Source: Phoronis australis (lineage: Eukaryota; Animalia; Phoronida). From it: DNA of 64,000 nt. The notes beneath the pieces were generated by a model. It was given only the letters and a program-made list of their open reading frames with translations, had not been told where the DNA came from and ran no database searches. How positions within the stretch are numbered: position 1 is the stretch's first letter; each line of letters starts with the position of its first letter. The stretch lies in assembly GCA_002633005.1 (NCBI GenBank), contig NMRA01000330.1, positions 437,705-501,704 on the forward strand, in the 5' to 3' direction. The position numbers and the translations under genes are program-made. Shown in pieces: positions 13,815-25,401 of this stretch.

Positions 13815-14634
13815 GTGTCAAATTCGGAACACGGCGCATTCGTAACGGAACTATGGCTAAGTATAGAATCTCCCGCGATATCCTAGGCGACCGGCAGTAA
13901 CGCTGTGCACTACGACTCCGTTTCCGTCGTCTGCTCCACTGTGCAATGAAGAAAATTTACTTCATTTTTTAAAGAAAATGGAACCTGAGTGATGATGAAA
14001 AAACAGAAGCTGCTGGTAAGATGTGAATTTTAATCGAAGCCTTAGTGAATCACTCAGAAACTCGCAATACTCTCTTTGTCAAACCTTATCTTAAGACGAT
14101 TTCCAAAGCCATCCCGTCATTATTGCCAACACGAAAAATGGATTTGGTCTTTTGGGGATTGGAAGACTATTTCAAATACGACAAATTTGTTAAGAATTGA
14201 TGGCACAAAGTATAAAACGTGTAATAAGCATTACAAAAAGAAGTAGGCTTCGCGCGCAAACGCTGTGGCCCATACTAAACAAGTAGGTCTTTTAGCATAA
14301 CAGTAGTAGTCAAATCGTGGTGGGGCAGTGGTGACGTACGCCCGTTCTATCCGCCAAGTCGTGAGTTCGAGTCTTCGATACTTGCATTTTTTCCTGTTTG
14401 ACACGTTCTCCGTGTTTTTTTTTTGCCTTTTTTTCTTGGATAATACTAGGAATAATAGGAATCAAGGAAAATGCTTGATTTTTAGAGGTAAAAACAGAAA
14501 AATTTCCTGGGCGGGAGGGGAGCAAACCCCCCATTCGGTGCTATGCGCATCTACAATCGTGGTTCAGTTTGCGCAAATGCTTCCAGCCGGACAAAATGTT
14601 GGCCCCCCCTTGTGATATCCTAGATCCGCCACTG
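13815..14634 (+). mobile_element. Same MITE family, copy B (inverted relative to copy A)
   Basis: Shares long blocks such as gatgatgaaaaaacagaagctgctggtaagatgtgaattttaatcgaagccttagtgaatcactcagaa with copies A and C. Ends cctagatccgccactg. Confidence 0.75.
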
Positions 14635-16925
14635 ACACCTTGATCAAATGCCCAACAAAGATGCGACACTTATCAGGCTTAATAACTCACGTGACTTTCC
14701 AAATAAGGAAGTAAGTGCAATGAGGAACTTGACTTTCTCATATGACCTGGAATGTGTTACGACACGAACACCTAGCACGCAATTTTTTGATATTACATGG
14801 GCGAATCACAAAGTGGTGCACAGTATACATACATACCCATAGACATATTAATTAATACTGTGATGTCTAGGCTATGCACTACATACCCCTTGCATTTTAG
14901 CATCTGCAAACACTAATACGACTACCAAAAACCAACTGCGCGCCAATTGACAAGGTTATGATTGACAAATCGGGTGTCACAACTGAACGCTAAGTACTCC
15001 CACTCGGAAGGACACGCTAACAACTTCTTAAACGGACGGCATAAGTTCGGCGGCGAATTCCATATCCACGTTCACTCAAACGGAGACGAACCCCAACTCA
15101 ACAAAACGCTATGAAACTATCTAGTTGCGCTCTCTCAAGGTCAATTCAGTGCTCACGCGCCGGGAAGTCCTGCTGACTGTTATTTACAAACATTTGTTAA
15201 GTTTTAATAAAGCAACTTCAAAGTCTACTTATTAGATTCTAACTGGAACATACGAAAGCTGAACGCAATTTACAATTGTTAAGTTTACAATAAAACTATT
15301 AGCAAAAAGTAACTGAGTTTACTTTAATTGCGTAAGCGTGTTTTTACAAACGTTGCGTCATGTGGTTGAAAATTGTCTATTTTTTGGCAAAAAAGATTGT
15401 TTTTACGGTTCATGCGAGAAAACAAACCTCAGAATTTCGACGAAATTTCCAAGACGGTTTGCCCATGGCATAAACCTGAGACGAGTGTAGGATACTCTAT
15501 GTAATTTCGGCTTGCAAGAAGCTGACTGAGCGTGCTGAGGCTGCGACTGACGAGGCTATGTACACATGGCTATATAATCCGAACTGGTATGATATTCTTA
15601 TAGATGCCGGTTGGGAAATGCGATATATAGCGACACTAATGAAATTACGACTCCAATAAAGATCAGTTTGAGACAAACATCAAAACCGTAAGTTGTTTCA
15701 ATCAAAAGTTGTTCGTAAGGGTACCGGGCAGATTTATTACAAATCCGAAGTATCTAAAAGGTACCTGAATTCAACTTTTAGCACAATCAACAATAGCAGC
15801 ATCGAAAAGCCACGACTGGGCAAAAACAAGCCAAGAGTCAACAACTATGTCATTTTTTCAGTCAGTACAGAATCCAAACCTTCATGCGTTGTACAAAAAT
15901 CAAAATACCCATCCGGCGCCATTTTGTAATGAAAATGGGAAATGAAATGAATTCAGTCGTGGCTAAATAATAGTGAATAACACCTTATAAGTTTATTATT
16001 GCTCGCAAAACACTTGCCAAATTTGCTCGGGGGATTTTGAGCGGTCTTGCGTGATAACGATTTTCTCGCAGGAAACTTGATCTACGGCGGAACGTTACCC
16101 TATTGTCAGTCCATAAAAACCGTCGGTATCTTGCATCGAAGATTTCACACAACCTCTTGACGTAATAGCTTGAGCCTGCCGAGTTATGGGAACCAACGCG
16201 TTATAGCGTTTTTCAAATGCAGAGCTAAAGTCACCTCGAGGCTTGCAAGAACCAACATACAGCGCCACGTGTTGGTAACACTGCCAATTAAGTTTGGTGG
16301 ACAGCGCCACGTGACTTCTCACTCAGTTGCAGTCAAGACCTCGACCTCAATATTAATGAAGATTATAGAAGTTATTGACATACACACTGCAGTTTCAAAC
16401 TCAGTTAGACCCCTATGACCCCAAACACACATTGCTTAGTCACCATAATTTTTGCTTTCTATAGCTTAACATATTTTTTCCTGTAACTATTTTTTGAATT
16501 TTAATAAACCGGTTGACGTCATCATTTAGTGATCAATCAGTAACCTCACGTCAGAGATCTACTTCAAATCCGCAAATGCTCGTTCGATACAACCCAGCTC
16601 AGTGAACCGAATACAAAATGTAGGTAGAGCTGCACCCATGTATCCATGCAGAGGTAGGGCATCATAGAGGCTCGCGGCATGGTGACTCTCCACTGAAGAA
16701 GGGCAATTTTGATTTGTACAAGTTCCGCTGCAAAATTGGTCTTTTCGGTTTGAAAGGAACTGCCGGTTCGGTATTCACTGAGACCGCATGCTAAGCGCAC
16801 AAAATGACACGGTGTGACAAGATAGAGCCTGGTCTCAAGCAATGATGAACTCAGTTCTTCAGTTGGCGGGAAAGCACTCCTAGTTGTAAGAAACAATTTG
16901 AGAGCAACTTTTTAACGACAAGGGG

Positions 16926-17863
16926 TACACAGGCGGATTGGGGAGGGGGGGGGGGTAGGTGGAGGCTTGGCGGCCGCAAAAAACAGAACACCAAAAATCT
17001 NGGGGGGGGGGGGGCTCAGACCCGACTTCAAATTTCCGATTTAGACAATCGGTGCAATCGTAACGGTAACTATGGCTAAGTAATGCCGTTCCTGGTCGAT
17101 ATGCGCGTTATATCCCACACGACCGGTTGTGACCTCTGCCGGTGCATTACCACTTCCCTTCCACCGTCTGCTCCACTGTGCAATGAATAAAATTACTTCA
17201 TTTATTTAAAGATACATATAACGGAATCTGAGTGATGATGAAGAAACAGAAGCTGCTGGTAATATGTAAATTTTAATCTAAGCCTTAGTGAATCACTCTG
17301 AAACTCACAATTCTCTCTTCTTCAAACATTAAAATTAAGACGATTTGCAACAAGCGCGTGGTTAACGTCAACCCGTAAATGGAATGAAGCAGGTTCGCGC
17401 GCGAACGGCTGTGGACCATAAACAAGTAGATCTTTTAGCATGGCGTTTTAGTTGAAAACGTGGTAGCGCAATAAAAAACACGCTCGCTCTGACCAATAGG
17501 TCGTGAGTACGAGTCCTTGCAATTTTACTAATTTCCAGTTTTAAATCACAAGTGGCACCATGACGTGAAAATTTGCTTTGCGGCGACGTCGGATTCTAGA
17601 ATGCGATCTGGGTCGTGGGATTTTGCCGCTCTTGTCGCAAATAGCGACGTGGCCAAAGTAGAGCCGCCGAGGGCTGATTACACAAAAATCAGAGAAAATG
17701 CCTGTTTTCAGAGGCAAAAACAAAACGTTCCCCTGGGCGGAAGGGGGAACCCCCCCTTTCCGACTTCCCCGGCCCATTCCGAGTTCGGCGCTACGCGCAA
17801 CGCTTCGCGTGATTGTCTACGAGAAAAATTGTTGGGCTCCCTCGGATATCATAGATCTGCCAG
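16926..17863 (+). mobile_element. Same MITE family, copy C (more diverged, possibly full length)
   Basis: Colinear with copy B over about 17030-17860. Begins cacaggcggatt and ends atcatagatctgccagag (degenerate TIR-like ends). Confidence 0.65.
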
Positions 17864-20800
17864 AGTGGTATGGCATCAAAACTTGCTCTAATTGTGACGG
17901 TAAGGCGGGTTTAACTTAGTATTGCTGTAAGGGAGGGAGCCTTTTTTGTCTCACTGTCAGACCTCCACTTGCCGCTATATCTTAGATCTGTGCCTAAGTT
18001 GGCGCACTGCGGGAAGGGGACTTTACCCAAAAATTACCAAATGAGCTATATCCACTCTCAGCCGGAATAAGCACGCCATGTAAACACTCATCTACCTCAC
18101 TACTAAAAATGTTCTAAAGTTCTACCCAGTCACAGGTGTGAAAACAAAACATAATGGACAGACCGTAATCCCAGCAAATCTTAATTTATTGCATATTCCC
18201 CAGTACACAGTACTGGGGGGGGGGGGGGGGGNGGGGGGGGGGTGAGAGGGACACTCGGCTACTTTATATTTTCAGTGAAAATCAGGGGAGCTAGGCCGGG
18301 GGCGTGCCAGTAGAGGATGATTAGTAGTCTAGGACTCGGATATACTCATCCAACCTGCCCTTACGTTTGGTTTTGTCGGTTTTTTAGAAACAGCACGTAG
18401 AGAATGCCAGGAAAAACGATGAATCTTCTTCGAGAATCAAAATTATAAAGTCAAACCTGCATGTCTACTAGCAGTGCGCTGAGCGCGCAGCTCAAACCCC
18501 GGGGCACCCACGACTTCGTCCACCGGCGTGCTACTCTGGTACCCGCGGTATTTATTGCCTTTGCCGTGGGTACCAGGGCACACGAGTCCGAACCTTTTGT
18601 AATTCATGCTTCGGGGCCTTGTGCGCAACTTCGTATTTGAATTAACTCAAGCGTATATTGATCTATTCACATAAAGTATACATTGTCACGACACGGGTAG
18701 ACGTGTGTGTTAACTTACCTAGTTCGCCTGTGTGCAGAGGCGATAGACATCCCATAACAAATGGAGGAAGTTTTTTAACTACAGAAAAAGACACGAAGTT
18801 TTCCAAACCCCTACCGTTGACAAGTGAGTATTGACGTTATATTCCGATATCGATCTAGTGAAACTGATCGCATTCAGCGTGAAATCCCGTGGGTACAACA
18901 GGTGGTTGGGTTTGTCGAGATAACATATGTTAATACAATGCAGTGTCCAGCTACTTGTAATACAAGTCAGGGTTCCGAATACGAGTGACCAGTACGTGAT
19001 TGGGACCTAGTTGGGTGCTTTGATTTGAAATGGCGAGGTGATTTCCGTTGCCACTGGTGAACGCCTCATAAAACGCACATCATACACATGCAGTATGTGA
19101 TGTGACAATTATGTGCGATGCGGGTAAATTAGATGTTTGGTAAGTACATAGCTTATGATGCAGGCTGTAGGGATTGAATTAATCATTAAATAGAGATCAT
19201 TGGTGATGTCTTGACAGCATATCAAGCAAACTGAACTGGTAGCTTGCAGTTTTCTCAAGCGCCCAACGTGACTTTCTGATAAGAGTTAAAAGATCCTAAC
19301 GGTAAGTGGGCTAAGTCGGATGTTGCGTAGACTTACTTTGAAAGACGACACGGGATGGAATTGAGTCAAAATTGTCTTGAAGTATTCCAACTTCGAAGAA
19401 GAAGAGTCTGCATTCATATGTGCTATTGGATAAAAGCTTTCACACCAGAAAGTGCACTTCATCCCTAGTTTTACGAACATAACTGGTTCGGAAACCAACT
19501 TCACTGATATTTCACGAATGGTGGAAATTGGTGAATAAGTCTTTTCAGAGGGTACAGTAATTTAAATACTTTTCATTCTGCAGAATTATCTTGTAAACCG
19601 AAAAACAATGAGCAATGTGGTGAATCGTTCACCTTTACCGAGAGTGGGTTTCGCCCAAGTCAACGCATCGCACACACGTTCGCGCACGTGCCCCGGTCCT
19701 CATAACATATTTGGGATATTTGGTAGCTGCGTAGACTCTAAACTATGGCAATTTTCGTTTTCAGAATGATATGAAGTTGAGTGATTCCAAATCAATTTCC
19801 TTTAACTTGAACAAATAAAAGTGGTGCGATAACAGTGAAAGTCGCTATGTTCTGGAGTTAAAAACATCAGCAGTCTTAACAGGCGCATTGTTCTTCCGTT
19901 GCTTTCTCATTTTGTTTTGAGTTTTCGTGCCGGCCATACTCCCTTGGCAACTGAAGCTACCCCCCGCCCGTGACAAGCTTGATATAAAGCATTTGACGAC
20001 CTGAGATCGGTTTTTAACGTGAGTAAGAAAAAATATGAGACCGACTTTCTGGTAGTAAATCACCAATTTCGTATCTGAAACACAAAAAAAAACAACCTCA
20101 CCAATAGATCAACTGTCAAACTAGAATCCCCGCAAACATTTATTTATCTGACGATATGTTAATTAACTGAACGGGAATTACGTGCATTTATTGGTGGATA
20201 CATGCTACGTAAAGTCGGGCAACTAGTCACGTTAGTCATCCTCTATTGTGTTTAGTGTGAAAAGTCGTCACATATTGCCGCTCATTTCCCATGGTTTACG
20301 TCATAATAAGGAATGGCGAGGCGTTGCCTTTGTGGTAGTTGTGACAACCGTGATGACGCCGTGGCTCTTTTCACTTTCCTGCGGGACATCGGAGAAAAGC
20401 GGATATGGCACACGTTAGTTCAAGAAACTTGCGTATTTGTGGACATGACACACTAGCGCTGGGAATGCTCAATGATGTCCGTGGAGCTAAATAATTTTCA
20501 ATAGTAGTTGCTTTTCTTCTTTTTTTCTTTTTGGGATATTGAATTCACGGTTGCGATATGCAGTGTTATAAAGGTGATGACAGTGTAATATCTTGTCAAA
20601 ACAAGTAAAGTGGTGGTTTTAATTACTTTAAAAGTTAATTTTTGTCAGAAAACGCGGTTTACTGCCACTTTAACGAAGCAAATTTGTGCAAAATGGAGAA
20701 TTTGTATGTCACGGACTGGTGATAACTGACGTCACGTGGGCTGTGCTTACGTGCTGGCAATCTGTATGTTCGTCGTCTTCAATTTCCTCTCGGAGGTGAA

Positions 20801-21743
20801 CGACATCTGCGGACGTAGGAGCTTCTGTCATTCGGCACGTCATGTGACTTTCAAACTGTAGAATGATTGGCCGTATGGTGGAGTTTCGCACATATGCAGA
20901 TAACAATCATATCTGAGGGACAATCTGAGACTTTTAGGTCAGTGCAGACGGTGATCAGGCAATTCCAAAGCCTGGAAAACTTGCACCCTCCCTTCCATCT
21001 GTTCATTACATTGACACTGCTTAACTCGTATTAGGCCAAATAGCATAGATGGTTCTGGTCTGAGATTTTTAAGAAAATCGAATCTGTTGTGTGGTATTTC
21101 TTAGTTTGCTTACTTTTTCAAAAAAAAAGAAAGAGATAAGCGAAAATGATGCGGAATTTGTCTAACTAGTCGTTCGTCATGTCTGCATGTAACGTATAAT
21201 CAAGACGAGTCTACCATAGGCAAAAGTGAAGATTACAGTCTTTTATGTGCAGCGTGTAGGGCACGTTACCGTATCGCATGAATAACGTGTTTTTAAACAT
21301 TCTAAACGATTAAAATATGGGTTGTTTATAACGTGGTACCACTTGTCACTGTCACGTTAATGGTTTATATTCATTGGACTCGCAAACAATTGACAAGTAG
21401 GGCGGTCACAACCAGCATGGAACCTGTCGCCGGGGAATACTACATCCAAACAGTGCGATAAAGGGCACTGACTTGTTGATCTTAGTGACTTTGTACTGAG
21501 CTAGAAAACATCAAAAGCCATTGTGATTTGATTGCATATCTCTAATTCTCATCGTTGTCTGCCGCACACTCGCAGAAATCAAGGCCGCTGAGTTCCGATG
21601 TGTCACGAGTGTATCTCTGCTTGTAGAGCGTTACACTGCGGCCGTGATGGTAGCAAGTTCGTTTCAAGTTCGTTTCTGGGGTGAGGCTGACGTGTCGTTG
21701 GGGGAGGCGTGTGTCGCCGTAAAATTACCCTCTTAAATTAAAC

Positions 21744-22178
21744 GGAGAAAGTGTCGCCGTGAAATTACGCTCGTAAAATACATTAAGAACGTTCTTAAAT
21801 TATACCAATCGGGGTTAACCTAACACACACGAAAAGACACTATAGCTGAGAGCGGAAAACTTGACAATGACTTCTTTCATCCACAATCGCTGATATTGCC
21901 GCCATGATTTGATCCGATGCATGTGATTGAGATATCAGCGCGCACGTGTGAGTTTTAGAGCAGTAGGTCATTGGCTAGTAGTTAAGAATCCAGATACGAG
22001 CGTAAGTTTACACCGTTAAAAATTAAATTACGCGCGTAATTTTACGCCGTCAAGGAATAAATTGTGAGCGCAATTTTAAGCCGTAATGAATTGAATGAGG
22101 AGCGTAATTTTACTCCGTTGTAATTAATGGGGTAATGATACGTAATTACGAGCGTAATTTTAGGGCGGCACTTTCTCC
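21744..22178. mobile_element. MITE-like element with ~35-bp TIRs and subterminal cgtaatttta repeats
   Basis: ggagaaagtgtcgccgtgaaattacgctcgtaaaatac pairs with gtaattacgagcgtaattttagggcggcactttctcc. An extra partial copy of the left end lies at ~21702-21740. Confidence 0.55.
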
Positions 22179-25059
22179 TCAACGGCCCATCGTTCTCTTT
22201 TTTATTGAAAACGTGCAGCAAATACGCCCAAAATGTGTACTTGTTTGTCGCCTCATTAGAAATTCAACAACGAAACAAACTGCACTTCGCCCTGTTTAGC
22301 TGGATAAAAAACAAAAATCTGATTAGGCATTCTGCACTACCAAAACCAGTAGCTTAGTATTCCTCACCGTCATAAGATTCTACTTCGATTACCAGCGCGA
22401 ACATCGAAACTATCGGCGACTCAAGACAACGTTTCACAATTTATTGGGGTCGGCCAACCCTAAAATTTGCGGATTCGGAAATGGCGCATGTACGGATTGC
22501 CTGTGACAGTTGCCAGCTCATTCAGCAATAATTCGGATGGCATCAGCGTGGTAATGTTTTTACACCCCCAAAGAGCTTCGGTTAAGAATATAACATTGAA
22601 AGCTAAACAATGGCGAAATGCAAACTTCACACACATTCCTAAAATTGCTATAGGCGTTGTATCCGAGAACATCACAGTCACGATGAACCAAGAAAAAATA
22701 TAACTTAATAGAGAAGGACGACGCATGTATCCATAGAATGAAATGCTAAGGTAGATGTAAGATCTCAACGCGTCTCGTGATGCGATTTTCAGCCTTTTTA
22801 TCTTTAGCTCTAAATCCCACCCTACGTCTTCACCACGAAAGAGCATCAGCTGTCCTAGGCGTTTTCATACCAGTTTGTTTTTAAATACGGTAGCAACGTT
22901 TCAACAATGCAAACTTCAAGTAAAAAATTCTCTGCTTGTGGGAAACTCTGTAATGAATTGTCAATGACGACAGGTTTTATTGCTGTATAAAAACCGTTTA
23001 TCAAGGCAGTAATAGACAAATCAAACACTGAAAATTTATCGATCATGTATTTTCAAAAATCTGGCAGTGCTCTGCTTATTAATCCTAGTTATCATTTGTT
23101 TAAATATCACTTACATCCCTCGAGGTATCTTCATAAACGTGAGTAAACATGCTTTACTTGCTAAGCAATTTTACAAAAATCCAATATAAATGTACGCCGG
23201 TTTGCTGTCATTTTATGCCGTTGATATATACATGTAACTATATCTGGAAAGTAATGTGCAATAGCTTGTTGTTTGCATCTCGTATGGGAAAAAAAGTAGC
23301 GTTCCCTTCTACTCTCGTGAGACACTGTTCAATCAGTTCTGGGATATTGGGATATTACCGGTAAGTAAATTTATTACTAATTCATATTATGTTGGATCTT
23401 ATTGACAAGTCAAATATCTACAAAACTGCAGAATTTAACTCCCTGAAAGTATGCATTTTCTGGAAATAGGAAGCCGGTAAAGTTTTATTTTTGTCTTTAT
23501 ATCAATCTGCCGCGTGACCGTGTCTTTTTAGTAGAATTTAGAAAACAAGAAAGACACATTCTCAACAAAACCGCGGTATCAATCACGTGACCAAATTGTG
23601 TTAGATACATATGCTGAAGACGAAATCTCAAAAATGCTGCTTCAATTTTTTAAAATTATCACGATTTCGTTTTGTGCAACTTTTCATCTTTTTTATGAAG
23701 CCCTATTTTGATAGTCCGTCAATGCAAATATTTTAAAAAGCATTTTTTGTAGCGTTTTGTAAAACAGTACATGGAGCATAGTATCAGAAAATTTCCAATC
23801 AAGCAAATCTGAGATTGGTGGTCCGAAGTTAGTAAAACTTGGAGTCCTACATAACCCACCTATTTACGCTTTACTTGTTTTGTCATACAAATAATTACAC
23901 GCGGATATTCCGGTATTTTTGTTCAGGCTGGAAACCATCACACCCACCCGTTAAACTATAAAGCAATACTCTTTCGTAAACAGTTGTGCTTTCATTTTTC
24001 TAAGGCATGTCGTAACAAGCAATGTTTACCACACACGTCAAAATCTGCCTCACCTGTTTTGTGAGTACGTGATATTAATGACTAAAACATTTGTTAGACG
24101 TGTTGCTTGAAGCAGGTCGCCAAGACATTTGTTAAACGTGTGGCAACGCGACTCAATACAGTTAAAAGCGGTTATGCGTAGGAACAAGTACAATTTTCCC
24201 AGTTGTAATTAAAGATTCGGTATTGCGCCCAAGGTATATTATAATTAAATGGATTAAGAGATCGCTATTGATTTTGTATATTAAATATGCCTCCGAGTCG
24301 ACGCGAATACCTGTTTTAATTGCTTTCGGGCGCGAAGCGCTGGTAGAAACAAAGCTCATTTACACAGAGGCTGAGACGTGTTCAACTTACGAAATTTGTG
24401 CAAGACCAGCGGTCGCACAGACAAATAAGCCCCATTTTATTATTAATAATACACGGTCAGAATTGATTTCATTTCCATTAGATCAGACATATATGACATG
24501 AAATTCGGTATTTCGTTATAAGAGGAAAATAGAATATAATCCATTGCGTATGTGGAATAACTACAATGACAGTGATCACTGTGGCGACTAAAACCAGGAA
24601 CAAGGTTAAGAGTTATAACTACGGAAAAGTTGAAACTCGGTTTAGCTGGTTTGAGCACATTTATGGCGTCATAATTGTTTCACTCAAATATCCGTGCTCT
24701 TTAATTTGCAACTGTTTACGCAACAACCATGCTAGACAACTTGCAATGAATAATTCGTCATCACCTCTGTTACTTTCACGTAGAAAACAACATTTTAATA
24801 TATTTTGGGGTCGCGACAATCTACCTTGCGTGTACAACTGCCGTGCTCGTCAAAGGAGTGATGTAGTGAACAATCCCTTACAAGACTGTGAACTTACTGT
24901 TTAAAAGGGTAATAAAATACGAACCTTCTGTCAAAACAACTTTTATTTAGGTCACTTGCTGTTAAAAAATCGGGTTCATCTTGTACGTGACTAAGACTGG
25001 TAATTGTAGGCTTAAATGGAGCAGGTCAGTCCCATTGGATAACTTGGGACGGCGGATGT

Positions 25060-25210
25060 ATCAAACAAAATCTGATCAAGCTATTGATACTGTTGCTATA
25101 CTATCCATGTACCTTTCTTTTTGTTACATTTTACTTAAAAGACATGGTCACGTGACCCAGTTAATAACAGATTGGTAAAAAACAAAAAATAGGCTTTGTA
25201 CTTTCAGAAA
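25060..25210. repeat. Dispersed repeat fragment, with an inverted copy at ~40978-41140
   Basis: Shared block ...ttttact(t/a)aaaagacatg(g/a)tca(c/t)gtgac.ca.ttaat...agatt.gtaaaaa...gtac(t/c)ttcagaaaa. Probably an old DNA-transposon remnant. Confidence 0.6.
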
Positions 25211-25401
25211 ATCCTCTGAGTTCAAAATCGATGGTTTTTTAGTAAATACACACGCATGTCGATATGTTTCTACATAACCTTATTTTTGTGCAATAGCTAT
25301 GTAGTTCCCTGTAGGCTTTTTCTTTTCTCATAAAGAGTATAAATAAATGGATTTGCTATGTAAATTCTTCACGTGTACATGTGCTCCTTTACATTTTCAG
25401 C

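Noticed and set aside
22420-22560. Loose resemblance to a Cys-loop (glycine receptor) N-terminus on the minus strand
   Set aside because: It has in-frame stops, and no Cys-loop or TM exons were found downstream.
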